In this document: positions 40,318-50,299 of the stretch, piece by piece
Layout: each line of letters opens with the position of its first letter
Position numbering within the stretch: the stretch's first letter is position 1
Assembly (NCBI GenBank): GCA_902612575.1
Contig: CACMDZ010000001.1
Span: 7,775 to 71,774, forward strand
Direction: 5' to 3'
DNA: 64,000 bases
Source of the DNA: an uncultured Pelagibacteraceae bacterium
GTDB taxonomy: Bacteria; Pseudomonadota; Alphaproteobacteria; Pelagibacterales; Pelagibacteraceae
Translations under genes and position numbers: made by a program
Notes under the pieces: generated by a model
What the model was told of the DNA's origin: nothing
The model's database searches: none
The model's input: the letters and a program-made list of their open reading frames with translations, nothing else

Positions 40318-42318
40318 TCTAAGCCATTCTTTTTGAGATAAAATTTGAATTCCTAATTCTTTAGCTTGTTCTACTTTTCTGTTTGTAGGTTTTTCACCAA
40401 TAATTAAATATTCTAATTTTTTATTAACTGTGCTTACAACTGAACCAGAATTTTTTTCTATTAATGATTTTGCCTCTGCTCTACTTATGTCTAATAGTTT
40501 ACCAGTAAACATGAATGTTTTATTTAAAAGTTTTCCATTTTTATTTTCTTTGAGATCAGAAACATTTAAAATTGTAGATAATTTTTTGATTACACTATAA
40601 TTCAATTTATTATTAAAAAATTTCTTTAAAGAACTAATTTGTGTGTCTCCTATTCCATCAATGTTCAAAAATTCATTAAATTTTTTTTGTGAAATAAAAC
40701 TCATAAAATTTTTTATGGATTTAGTATATTCTGCTAAAAGTTTTGCATTTTCTATTCCAATATGTCTAATTCCTATGGCATATAAAAATCTATCAAATGA
40801 AACATTTCTTGATTGGTTTATTGAATATTTCAAGTTTGAAACTGAAAGATTACCCCATCCATCTAATTTAGAAATTTTATCGTAGTCTAAATTATAAATA
40901 TCTTGTGGAAAACGAATTAATTTTAAATCCCAAAAATTTTCTACAACTTTTTTTCCAAGTCCATCAATATTCATTGCCTCTTTTGAAATAAAATGTTTAA
41001 TTTTTTCAATTGCAATTTTTTCACAGTCATAACCTTCGTTCGTACACCTTCTTACGGCATCATGTTTCTTTGTTACTCTGTTAAACTCTTTTACAGTTTC
41101 TGATCCACAAGATGGGCAGTTTTCAGGAAATATAAATTTTTTTGATTTTTTATTCCTTTTTTTTAAATCAACATGTACGACATGCGGTATTACATCCCCG
41201 GCTCTTTCAATTTTAACTGTATCTCCAATCCTTATATCTTTTCTAATAATTTCATCCTCATTATGAAGCGTAGCGTTAGAAACTACTACCCCTCCTATAT
41301 TTACTGGTTTTATTCTTGCTACTGGTGTTAATGCGCCAGTTCTACCGACTTGGATACTTATATTTGTTATTTGAGAGTATGCACTATCCGCGGAAAATTT
41401 ATGGGCTATAGCCCACCTTGGAGAATTAGCAGTAAAACCTAATCTTTTTTGAAGTTCGAGACTATTAATTTTATAAACTAAACCATCAACATCATATTCT
41501 AGATCAAAACGATTGTTTTCGAATTTTTTATGGAAATTAACTAAATCTTTTACAGTTTTTAAAATTTTATTATTTTCATTAATTTTAAATCCCCATCTCT
41601 TTAATGAATTTAAAAAATCTGACTGTTTCTTTATTTTTTCATCAATAAAATAGCCATAGGTGTATGCTATAAAATTCAATGGAATTTTTTTTGTTTCACT
41701 AGTATTTTTTTGTCTCAATGTTCCAGATGCTGCGTTTCTAGGATTCGCAAAATTATATTTTAATGCATTAAAATCATTTTTTTTTATAAAAACTTCTCCT
41801 CTAATATCAATATCTTTTGGGAAATCCTTATCTGTTATTTTTTGAGGTATATCTTTAATCGTCCTTAAGTTTTCAGTAATTACCTCTCCTGTAGTGCCGT
41901 CTCCTCTTGATGTTCCCATAACTAATAAACCATTTTTATAAGTTAGTGAGGCTGAAATTCCGTCAATTTTGGGTTCAACACTATATTCAAATTCAATTTT
42001 TTTATTTAAATAATTAAATATTTTCTTTTCAAAATTTTCTAGATCTACGATATTAAAAGCATTTGATAAGGATAACATTTTTACTCTGTGTTTAGATTTT
42101 ATAAAATTTTTAGATGGTTTATATCCTAAGGAACCTGATGGTGATAATGGACTTTTTAAAAATAGGAATTTTTTTTCTAAATCAAGTATTTCTTTTTTAA
42201 TAATATCATATTCCCTATCAGATATTGTTGGCGCACTTTTTTCAAAATAATTTTTGTTATGTTTTGTAAGTTTGTTTATTAATTTAGTATAATTTTTTCT
42301 AATCTCACTTTCTTTCAT
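40306..42318 (-). CDS. ligA: NAD-dependent DNA ligase
   Basis: EPKIDG, FANPRNAASG, VGRTG, RAGDVIP, CPSCG, C-terminal BRCT. Confidence 0.97.
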   Translation of the reverse strand: MKESEIRKNYTKLINKLTKHNKNYFEKSAPTISDREYDIIKKEILDLEKKFLFLKSPLSPSGSLGYKPSKNFIKSKHRVKMLSLSNAFNIVDLENFEKKIFNYLNKKIEFEYSVEPKIDGISASLTYKNGLLVMGTSRGDGTTGEVITENLRTIKDIPQKITDKDFPKDIDIRGEVFIKKNDFNALKYNFANPRNAASGTLRQKNTSETKKIPLNFIAYTYGYFIDEKIKKQSDFLNSLKRWGFKINENNKILKTVKDLVNFHKKFENNRFDLEYDVDGLVYKINSLELQKRLGFTANSPRWAIAHKFSADSAYSQITNISIQVGRTGALTPVARIKPVNIGGVVVSNATLHNEDEIIRKDIRIGDTVKIERAGDVIPHVVHVDLKKRNKKSKKFIFPENCPSCGSETVKEFNRVTKKHDAVRRCTNEGYDCEKIAIEKIKHFISKEAMNIDGLGKKVVENFWDLKLIRFPQDIYNLDYDKISKLDGWGNLSVSNLKYSINQSRNVSFDRFLYAIGIRHIGIENAKLLAEYTKSIKNFMSFISQKKFNEFLNIDGIGDTQISSLKKFFNNKLNYSVIKKLSTILNVSDLKENKNGKLLNKTFMFTGKLLDISRAEAKSLIEKNSGSVVSTVNKKLEYLIIGEKPTNRKVEQAKELGIQILSQKEWLRLLD

Positions 42319-42327
42319 TTTGCTTTA

Positions 42328-43167
42328 TTATTTAAACAAATTTTTAAATTTATTAAGTAATGATTTTTCTTTCTTAAGATTCTTTTTAATTTCAATTTTT
42401 CTGTAATTATTATTTATAATTTTATAGGATCTTTCGTACCATTCACTTGACTGATAATTATATCCAAGTAAAGCAGCATATTTCCTTGATTCATCCATAA
42501 GTCCCAGCTTATAATTTAACTCTACAAGTCTATATAAGGCTTCTTCTACATATATTGTTGTATCATATTCATTTACAATTCTTTTATATCTATTTATAGC
42601 TGGTATCCATTTTTCTCTATCTAAATAATAGTTAGCTAGGTATAGCTCCTTAGAAGCAAGCATTTCTTCAATAAGATCAAGTTTAAATTTTGCATCCTCA
42701 GCAAAATCACTGTTTGGAAATTCTTTAACTAATAAATTAAAATACTCTTTAGCTTTTATGATTTCTCCTAAATCTTTTTTTTCATCTACTATTTGATTGT
42801 AGTGACAAACGGCTAATAAATAATAAGCATAATTAGTATCAGGATGATTTTTATATTTATCTAAAAATCTCTCCAACTCAAATATTGCATCATCAAAATA
42901 CATTTGAGAATAATAGGCATATGCAGCCATCAAAGTTGATCTTGGAGCCCAAATAGATTGTGGATATAATAGTTCTACCTCATTAAATTTTTTTACTGCG
43001 AAAAAAATATCCCCTCTATTAAATTCTTTCAATCCCTCGTTATAAGCCTCTATCATTTGCATTTCTAAATTATCTTCTTTAATTATAGAAATTTTTTCCT
43101 TCTTTTCAGAACAAGAAATTAAAGAAAAAATAATTAAAAGACTTAGTAAAAAATTATGAAATCTCAT
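42328..43167 (-). CDS. bamD: Outer membrane assembly lipoprotein BamD
   Basis: Lipobox LISC, TPR helices, EEALYRLVE, LGYNY..S.WY. Confidence 0.92.
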   Translation of the reverse strand: MRFHNFLLSLLIIFSLISCSEKKEKISIIKEDNLEMQMIEAYNEGLKEFNRGDIFFAVKKFNEVELLYPQSIWAPRSTLMAAYAYYSQMYFDDAIFELERFLDKYKNHPDTNYAYYLLAVCHYNQIVDEKKDLGEIIKAKEYFNLLVKEFPNSDFAEDAKFKLDLIEEMLASKELYLANYYLDREKWIPAINRYKRIVNEYDTTIYVEEALYRLVELNYKLGLMDESRKYAALLGYNYQSSEWYERSYKIINNNYRKIEIKKNLKKEKSLLNKFKNLFK

Positions 43168-43205
43168 TATAGAATTTTAACAGAATATTTATAAAATTCT
43201 AATTT

Positions 43206-44129
43206 TTAAGCTATTGATTTAAGATTGTGACGATTATTTAATAAAGAATGTGGTAGATTTTTTCCTTTAATCTCAAGCAAAGAGTAATTTTTTGTATCAC
43301 TAAATACTTTTCTCAATAATTTATTAGTCAAACTGTGCCCTCCATGATTACATTTAAGAGAGCCAATTAATCTATAACCAACTAAATATAGATCTCCCAT
43401 ACAATCAAGAATTTTGTGATTAACAAACTCATTTTCATTTCTCAATCCACTCTCATTAAGTATTTTATCATCTTTTACAACGATAGCATTCTCAAGAGAT
43501 CCTCCTTTTCCTAAACCAACCTTTTTAAGTTTTTCAATATCCTCGTAAAGACAAAAGGTCCTTGAATTAAAAATATCATCCAGATTGTCTTCAAAAACAT
43601 TAATTTTATTTTTTTGATTTCTGATTAGCTGATTTTTATAGCTTATCTCAAATTCTATTTCCAAAGTTGTATTTGATTTATCAAGTGAGATATACTTATT
43701 TTCTTCCATTACTTCTATATGATTATGAATTTTTATTAGTTTAATTGGTACGTCACTGGTTTCTAAGCCAGTATTTTTTAAGATCTTTACAAAATCTTTT
43801 GCAGATCCATCAAGAATTGGTACTTCTTGTGAGTCAAGTTCTACCATTGCATTATCTATTCCTAATCCCAAAAAAGCAGCCATAAGATGCTCGATTGTTG
43901 ACACTTTAACGTCAAATTGATTTGAAACTGTTGTGCATAGTGTAGCTTCGCTTACATTTTCAAAATTTGGAATTACAATATTGTTATGTTTTAAATCTAC
44001 TCTCTTAAAAGTTATCCCAGTATTTGGGGGAGATGGTAATATATTCATATTCACTTTTTTTCCGGTGTGAATACCAACTCCTGAGAATGTTATTTTATTT
44101 GCTATTGTAGACTGAGACAAAACTGACAT
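43206..44129 (-). CDS. lpxC: UDP-3-O-acyl-N-acetylglucosamine deacetylase
   Basis: GVGIHTG, TIEHLMAA, DGSA, SRTF, HKILD.MGD; likely start 44129 (ORF track 44168). Confidence 0.95.
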   Translation of the reverse strand: MSVLSQSTIANKITFSGVGIHTGKKVNMNILPSPPNTGITFKRVDLKHNNIVIPNFENVSEATLCTTVSNQFDVKVSTIEHLMAAFLGLGIDNAMVELDSQEVPILDGSAKDFVKILKNTGLETSDVPIKLIKIHNHIEVMEENKYISLDKSNTTLEIEFEISYKNQLIRNQKNKINVFEDNLDDIFNSRTFCLYEDIEKLKKVGLGKGGSLENAIVVKDDKILNESGLRNENEFVNHKILDCMGDLYLVGYRLIGSLKCNHGGHSLTNKLLRKVFSDTKNYSLLEIKGKNLPHSLLNNRHNLKSIA

Positions 44130-44190
44130 AACAAAAATATATAAAAATAAGGAAAAATTAATATTCAAGTAATATTACGAGAAAATACAA

Positions 44191-45342
44191 TTATTTAGAA
44201 AAAAGATTAAAAAACTTCTCAAAAAAGCCTTGTTTTGTGGGCTTTTTCTTTGTTTTAATAAAAAAACTTTCTTCGCTTAAATTATAGTCAAGACCAGCTT
44301 CACAGATATGCAAATTGCTTTCTTCATATAAAATCAATTCAGATACATATTTATTAATAGTTAAACTATAAATATTTAAGTCTAACTTTGATCCACCACC
44401 TATGACTATTAATTTAGGTTTTGAAAGAGTATTAAATTTTTTAATATAATCACTTTTTAGTAAAACTAACTCAAAAATTTCATTTATTCTTGCCTCTATA
44501 ATTTGCTTTAACAAGTCTACAGATATATTTTTTTTCAAAATTTCACTATATGGATTAGTTTGTTTATTCTCAGTTTTATTAAAAAATAAATTTTTCTCTG
44601 ATTTATTTAAATTTATTTTTAAATTTTCTGAATACTCCAAATCAAGCTTCAAAACATTAGAAATGTCTTTTGTAATATTATTACCACCTATTGTTATTGA
44701 CTTAAAAAAATCGAATCCACCATTATTGAAAATATAACTACTAGTTCTTTCGTAACCTATATCTATAAAAACATTATGATCTTTATTGTTATCTTTTTTT
44801 TTTAAATAAATAGTTTTTACATAACTGGAACAGTATAAATTTAATATTTTTATATTATTTTTTTTAAAATGGTTATTAACATTATCAACTAAAATTTTGT
44901 TTAAACAAATAAATTTTATTTGTAATTTAATAGATTTTATTTTTATATCATTGTAAATTTTTTCTAATTTTTTGCCTTCATTAATTTCTATATTGTTTAC
45001 TATAAGATGGATTACTTGATCTTTAAAATTATTTTGAGAAACAATATAAAGAGACTCTTCAATAAGATTTTCATATACCTCATTTATTGATATAGCATGA
45101 TCAAATACTTTTTTAATGGACATATCTAAAGAATAGAAGTTTGGATTATCATATAAAACAATAACATCATCTATATGTGTAGATAAATTTTTTTCTGCAT
45201 CCCTAATTAAATTATTTAGTGATACTTCAAAATTTCCAAAATTTTTTTCTTTAGAGCAATAAACGTTGTTATTTTCTTTATCGAAAACTCCTAGGATTAA
45301 ATTATTTGATCCAAAATCTATAATAGTTTTATAATCACTCAT
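44191..45342 (-). CDS. ftsA: Cell division protein FtsA (divergent)
   Basis: IIDFGS, IDIG, GGNNITKDI, IIEARINEI, GGGS, C-terminal amphipathic FFEKFFNLF; position after ftsQ. Confidence 0.78.
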   Translation of the reverse strand: MSDYKTIIDFGSNNLILGVFDKENNNVYCSKEKNFGNFEVSLNNLIRDAEKNLSTHIDDVIVLYDNPNFYSLDMSIKKVFDHAISINEVYENLIEESLYIVSQNNFKDQVIHLIVNNIEINEGKKLEKIYNDIKIKSIKLQIKFICLNKILVDNVNNHFKKNNIKILNLYCSSYVKTIYLKKKDNNKDHNVFIDIGYERTSSYIFNNGGFDFFKSITIGGNNITKDISNVLKLDLEYSENLKINLNKSEKNLFFNKTENKQTNPYSEILKKNISVDLLKQIIEARINEIFELVLLKSDYIKKFNTLSKPKLIVIGGGSKLDLNIYSLTINKYVSELILYEESNLHICEAGLDYNLSEESFFIKTKKKPTKQGFFEKFFNLFSK

Positions 45343-46030
45343 TATAATTTGTTAGTATAATTTGATCAGGAACCCTAAGATCTACAATTTTAGTATTTAA
45401 TAAAATTCCGTTATCTAATAATTGTTTATAAATTTTTATTGATTTACTTTTATTTTTTGATGGTAACTTTAATGTAATACCATTTTTAAATGATATATCC
45501 CATCTTTTGTTTTTATAAAAAAAATACTTCTCTGTCATGTTCCAATGGAGTTGATATTTAATTAAAATATTTTGTAACTCTACATATTCATTTAATTTAA
45601 ATTCTCCAAATACTGAAGGAACACTTTTACTTTCGAAAATCTGACTAGAACTAATTAGTTTTTCATTTCCTCCAATGTAAAAACTTTTTCCATTCTTTAT
45701 TGTTTTTCCAACTATCTTTGTTTTAGATAAACTGATATTAAGTGTAGAAGGTATTATTTTTTTAACATAAATATTTTCCAAAAAGTTAAAATTATTTAAT
45801 GTTCTAAAAATTTTTTCCTCACTTAATTTGAAAATATTTATGTTTTTAAAATTATTTAACTCAATTTCTATTAATTTTTTTTCATCGTAAGACAATCCAG
45901 TGATATTAATTTTTTTTAAAATAAATTTATTCTGATAACTCTCTAAAAATTTAAAATTAAATATTGAACTTAAAAAAATTAAAAAAAATAAGTAAAGATA
46001 TAATTTATTTTTATTTGTCAATTGAAGCAT
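45335..46030 (-). CDS. ftsQ: Cell division protein FtsQ
   Basis: N-terminal TM, POTRA-like region, RWD, DLR; between ddl and ftsA. Confidence 0.8.
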   Translation of the reverse strand: MLQLTNKNKLYLYLFFLIFLSSIFNFKFLESYQNKFILKKINITGLSYDEKKLIEIELNNFKNINIFKLSEEKIFRTLNNFNFLENIYVKKIIPSTLNISLSKTKIVGKTIKNGKSFYIGGNEKLISSSQIFESKSVPSVFGEFKLNEYVELQNILIKYQLHWNMTEKYFFYKNKRWDISFKNGITLKLPSKNKSKSIKIYKQLLDNGILLNTKIVDLRVPDQIILTNYNE

Positions 46031-46934
46031 CTTTAATTATTTCCTCTATAAGGTTCATAAAGCTAATATTTTTATATCTAGCAATTTCTGGTACTAAGGA
46101 TAAAGATGTCATGCCAGGCTGGGTGTTTAACTCTAATAAATAAAATTTATTATTATAAAATCGAAAATCTGATCTTGAAACTCCCCTACATTTTAGTAAT
46201 TTATGTGCTTTCATTGCAATTGAATTCACTTTATTAAAATTTTTTTTACTTATGTTTACTGGAATGAGATGTTCTGTTTTTGCACTAACACTATATTTTG
46301 CTTTATAATCATAAAATTTTCTTTTAGGTTTTAACTCTATAATACCTAATTTACGATTACCCAGTATAGCTGCTTGTATTTCTCTTCCAGGTATATATTT
46401 TTCTATTAAAATTTCTTTAAATCTTTCTAAGCTCATTAAATGGTGTCTAAAATTTTTTTTATTAGCTATGCATACACCGACACTAGAACCCTCATTAATT
46501 GGTTTTAGCACAACAGGGAATTTTAATTTTTTCTCAATTTTGTTTATTAGATTTTTGTAATTGAAATTATTTTTAAATTCAAATTTAAAGTAAGAAGGTG
46601 TTAAAATATTATTTTTTAGAAACATTTGTTTTGAAATTTCTTTATCAATAGCGAGTGAGGATGATAATACTCCAGAATGAGTATATTTTACTTTTTCTGA
46701 CTCTAGAATTGATTGTATGTAGCCGTCTTCTCCATACCTTCCATGTAAAAGGTTTAGAACTAAATTTGGCTTAAATTTTCTCAACTTTTCTATAAAATTT
46801 CCATTAGGCTCTGTTAGCAAAAGCTTATATTTCCTATTTTTATTTAGCTCCTTTATTACACTATTTGCTGTAATTAAGCTTATTTCTCTTTCATTAGAAT
46901 ATCCTCCTGCTATCACTAAAATTTTTTTAATCAT
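46011..46934 (-). CDS. ddl: D-alanine--D-alanine ligase
   Basis: GG.S.EREIS, LHGRYGEDG, EGSS.G, YDYKAKY, LELNTQPGMT. Confidence 0.96.
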   Translation of the reverse strand: MIKKILVIAGGYSNEREISLITANSVIKELNKNRKYKLLLTEPNGNFIEKLRKFKPNLVLNLLHGRYGEDGYIQSILESEKVKYTHSGVLSSSLAIDKEISKQMFLKNNILTPSYFKFEFKNNFNYKNLINKIEKKLKFPVVLKPINEGSSVGVCIANKKNFRHHLMSLERFKEILIEKYIPGREIQAAILGNRKLGIIELKPKRKFYDYKAKYSVSAKTEHLIPVNISKKNFNKVNSIAMKAHKLLKCRGVSRSDFRFYNNKFYLLELNTQPGMTSLSLVPEIARYKNISFMNLIEEIIKDASIDK

Positions 46935-47839
46935 TCTACTAAAACAATTTCTAATTCTAATTTAATACCAGTTTTTATTTCAACTTCTTTTTTAACAAAA
47001 TTAATCAAAGATTTCATTTCATTTGACTTTGCATTTTTTTTATTTACAAAAAAATTTGCGTGTTTTTCTGAAATAAACGCATCCCCAAAATTAGTTTTAG
47101 CAGGTACACTAGATCTTATTAATTCCCAAACCTTTCTATGTGTTTGTTCAACTGGGTTTTTGAATGTACTACCACTTGTTTTTATTTTAGAAGGTTGAGC
47201 TAACTCTTTCTTTTGTTTAAGTTCTTGAATCAAATTATGAATTTCTAATCCATTTTTTTTCTTACCTTTAAAAGTAGCACTTAAAAAAATTAAATCTTTA
47301 GGTAGTTCAATAGATCTGTAACTAAAATTAATTTTATTAGCAGGTATACTTTTGACTACGCCTTTAAAATCAATTAACTGTATTGAAATAAGTACATCTT
47401 TAAATTCTTTTTTAAAACATCCAGAGTTCATTCTAATTCCACCACCAATAGATCCAGGAATACAAGACATAAATTCTAATCCAGAAATATTATTATTTTT
47501 CGCAAAATCTGACAATTTTTTTTGAGATGCAGCACTTCCTGCAATAATAGTCTCTTCACCTAATAAAGAAATATTTGAGAAATTTTTCCCTAATTTTATA
47601 ATTGTTCCTTCATATGTGTTATCGTCAAATAATACATTAGATCCATTTCCTAATATAAATATTTTACTACGAAACGCATAAAGTTTGAGATATTCTATCA
47701 ATGCTTTAAGAGAATTGGGTTTAAAAAAAATTCTCGTTCTTCCACCGATATTAAACCAATTAAGTTTTTTGATACTTTGATCAAAAAAAATATCTCCATC
47801 GATTGATAATGCAAATTTTTTTATATCCTCAATTTTCAT
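46931..47839 (-). CDS. murB: UDP-N-acetylenolpyruvoylglucosamine reductase
   Basis: GNGSN, IPGSIGG..RMN.G, GSTFKNP, KHANF, LELE. Confidence 0.95.
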   Translation of the reverse strand: MKIEDIKKFALSIDGDIFFDQSIKKLNWFNIGGRTRIFFKPNSLKALIEYLKLYAFRSKIFILGNGSNVLFDDNTYEGTIIKLGKNFSNISLLGEETIIAGSAASQKKLSDFAKNNNISGLEFMSCIPGSIGGGIRMNSGCFKKEFKDVLISIQLIDFKGVVKSIPANKINFSYRSIELPKDLIFLSATFKGKKKNGLEIHNLIQELKQKKELAQPSKIKTSGSTFKNPVEQTHRKVWELIRSSVPAKTNFGDAFISEKHANFFVNKKNAKSNEMKSLINFVKKEVEIKTGIKLELEIVLVE

Positions 47840-49229
47840 TAAAAATATTTTCTAAATTTTTCATCCAGTTAGATATTGATCCAGCTCCCATTCCAATAAA
47901 AATTTTTTCACCAAATGAATTCTGTTTTATAAACTTTTTTAATTGCATCTCGTCTTCAATTTGTATCAATTTAACTTTAGAATTTTTTATTATTAATTTT
48001 GCAAATGAATGGTAAGTAAAAGTCAGTTTAAATTTTTCATTAGCTGTATAAATGGGACATAATAAAACTGTATCTGCCAGATAAAAACACTTTGAAAATT
48101 CTTTTTTCAAATTAATTACTCTTGAAGTTCTATGAGGTTGAAATACACATACAATTTCTTTGTTTTTATATACACTCTTAACACCGCTTAAAACTGAACT
48201 TATTTCTGTAGGATGATGGGCATAATCATCATAAAAACCTACTTTTTTATAATCAAATAAATGAGTGAACCTTCTCTGGACACCTTTGAAATTACTTAGT
48301 CCTTGCTTAATGTATTTTTCAGGAATTCCGATTGTAAAGGCTAATGCAAATGCTGCGGTTGCGTTTCTTATATTGTGCATTCCAATCATTGGTAAAATAA
48401 TACCTTTAATAGTTTTGTTTTTACTTGGGATATTAATTTTTATATCAAAACTAGAACGATTTAAAGTTTGCTTCATATTTATTATTTGGAAGTTTGATTT
48501 TCTACTTTTTCCATATGTATAAAAATTTTTGTTTTTAGATCTTTTAATAATATTCTGAAGATTTTGATCATCGCTGCAAATAAAGCCTTTTCCTACAGAA
48601 GGTATAGTTTCAATAAATTTCAAAAAGCTTTTTTTTAGATTATTTATATTTTTATAAAAATCTAAATGCTCAGAGTCTAAATTTGTAATGATAGAATACA
48701 CAAATGGTATTTTTAAAAAACTTCCATCTGACTCATCAGATTCAGTTACACACCAATTACTTTTTCCCAACCTTGCAGAATTTCCGAAAGAATTTAGTAC
48801 ACCACCATTAATTATTGTTGGGTCTAGATTTCCTGAAGTAAAAATATTAGAAACCAATGATGTTGTAGTCGTCTTCCCATGTGAACCAGTAACAACAACA
48901 TTTCTCATGAAAGATACAATGTGTCCTAACATATCTCCTCTTGAGTATATAGGTAATTTTTTTTTTATTGCTTCTAATACTTCGGGGTTATTTTTTTTTA
49001 TTGCTGATGAAATTACTAAAACTGTAGTTTTATTTATATTTTCCTTTTTATGGTTTAGAAATACTCTAATTTTTTTTTCTCTTAGTTTTTCAATATTTCT
49101 ATTATTAGAGATATCACTACCTTGAACTTTATAACCTAAACCATTCATTATTAATGCCAATCCACTCATGCCTATTCCGCCAATACCAACAAAATGTATA
49201 AGTTCGTTTTTTCTTAAATCAATTTTCAT
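47829..49229 (-). CDS. murC: UDP-N-acetylmuramate--L-alanine ligase
   Basis: GIGGIGMSG, GSHGKTTT, DESD, DDYAHHPTE, FQPHR. Confidence 0.96.
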   Translation of the reverse strand: MKIDLRKNELIHFVGIGGIGMSGLALIMNGLGYKVQGSDISNNRNIEKLREKKIRVFLNHKKENINKTTVLVISSAIKKNNPEVLEAIKKKLPIYSRGDMLGHIVSFMRNVVVTGSHGKTTTTSLVSNIFTSGNLDPTIINGGVLNSFGNSARLGKSNWCVTESDESDGSFLKIPFVYSIITNLDSEHLDFYKNINNLKKSFLKFIETIPSVGKGFICSDDQNLQNIIKRSKNKNFYTYGKSRKSNFQIINMKQTLNRSSFDIKINIPSKNKTIKGIILPMIGMHNIRNATAAFALAFTIGIPEKYIKQGLSNFKGVQRRFTHLFDYKKVGFYDDYAHHPTEISSVLSGVKSVYKNKEIVCVFQPHRTSRVINLKKEFSKCFYLADTVLLCPIYTANEKFKLTFTYHSFAKLIIKNSKVKLIQIEDEMQLKKFIKQNSFGEKIFIGMGAGSISNWMKNLENIFNEN

Positions 49230-50295
49230 TTAAAAGTTTAATTAAATTAATTTTATTTTTTTCCCAAGTGTTTTCTTTAGTCAGATGAATTAAATTTTTT
49301 TTTTTATAAAAATAATCACTTTCATTTTCAAATATTTTGGCCAATAAAGCTAATAGATTATTTTCATTAATATCTCTCTGCTTAATTAACCAACAACATT
49401 CATTTTTTTCATAGAGTTGAGCATTGTAATATTGGTGATCATCTTTAGCATAAGGATATGGAATCGCTACAAACGGAATATTTAAGTAACTTAATTCTGA
49501 AATTGCTGAAGCACCAGATCGTGTGATAGCTAGATCATAATCTGCAATTTTGCTAATCAATTTATCATCAAAGTCAAATAATTCATTTTCAATATTATTT
49601 TTTAGATAGCAATCTTTTATATTATTTTTTGATTTTTGGTTTATTACTTGTTGCAATACTTTTATTTTTTGAGTTTTTGAGAGTCTTATCATTATTTTAG
49701 TAATAATCTCATCAAAAAATTTTGAACCCTGACTCCCACCTAAAATCAAAATTTTTTTTTTTTCTTCTATTTTTGTTTTTTCATTTTTTTTGTATTTATA
49801 AATTTCTTTTCTTAGGATTGGTTTTACCAAGTAAATCTTGTTAAGAAATTTTTTGGATATATTTCTTAAATCATTGTCATAACAAATTATTTTTTTAGCA
49901 TAATTGATTATAAATTTATTCGCTCTACCTAAAACAGAGTTAGGTTCAAAAATATAAATTTGCAGATTAAGTAATTTTGAAGCTATACATAAAGGTAACG
50001 ACATATATCCACCGGTACTGATTAATATACTAAAATTGTTTCTTTTGAGATAATGATAGGATTTTAAAATAGCGGTTAAAAATTTTATTAAATTGTATGG
50101 AAGTAATAATATATTTGAAAAAATATTTGGTACGTCTATTAATGAAAAATTGTAGTCAACGTTGTTAATATATTTCGATCCTCTTAGATCTGTTACTATT
50201 TTAACTTCAAAATCATCTTTTAAAGCATCATAAATACTTAATGATGGAATTACATGTCCGCCTGATCCACCAGTTGTTATAAGTATTTTTTTCAT
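49219..50295 (-). CDS. murG: Undecaprenyl-PP-MurNAc-pentapeptide GlcNAc transferase
   Basis: GGSGGHV, GGY, GGSQG, RSGAS, DHQ..NA. Confidence 0.94.
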   Translation of the reverse strand: MKKILITTGGSGGHVIPSLSIYDALKDDFEVKIVTDLRGSKYINNVDYNFSLIDVPNIFSNILLLPYNLIKFLTAILKSYHYLKRNNFSILISTGGYMSLPLCIASKLLNLQIYIFEPNSVLGRANKFIINYAKKIICYDNDLRNISKKFLNKIYLVKPILRKEIYKYKKNEKTKIEEKKKILILGGSQGSKFFDEIITKIMIRLSKTQKIKVLQQVINQKSKNNIKDCYLKNNIENELFDFDDKLISKIADYDLAITRSGASAISELSYLNIPFVAIPYPYAKDDHQYYNAQLYEKNECCWLIKQRDINENNLLALLAKIFENESDYFYKKKNLIHLTKENTWEKNKINLIKLLNEN

Positions 50296-50299
50296 AATT

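Noticed and set aside
44169-44178. Palindrome GTAATATTAC between ftsA and lpxC
   Set aside because: Only 10 bp and AT-rich, so expected by chance
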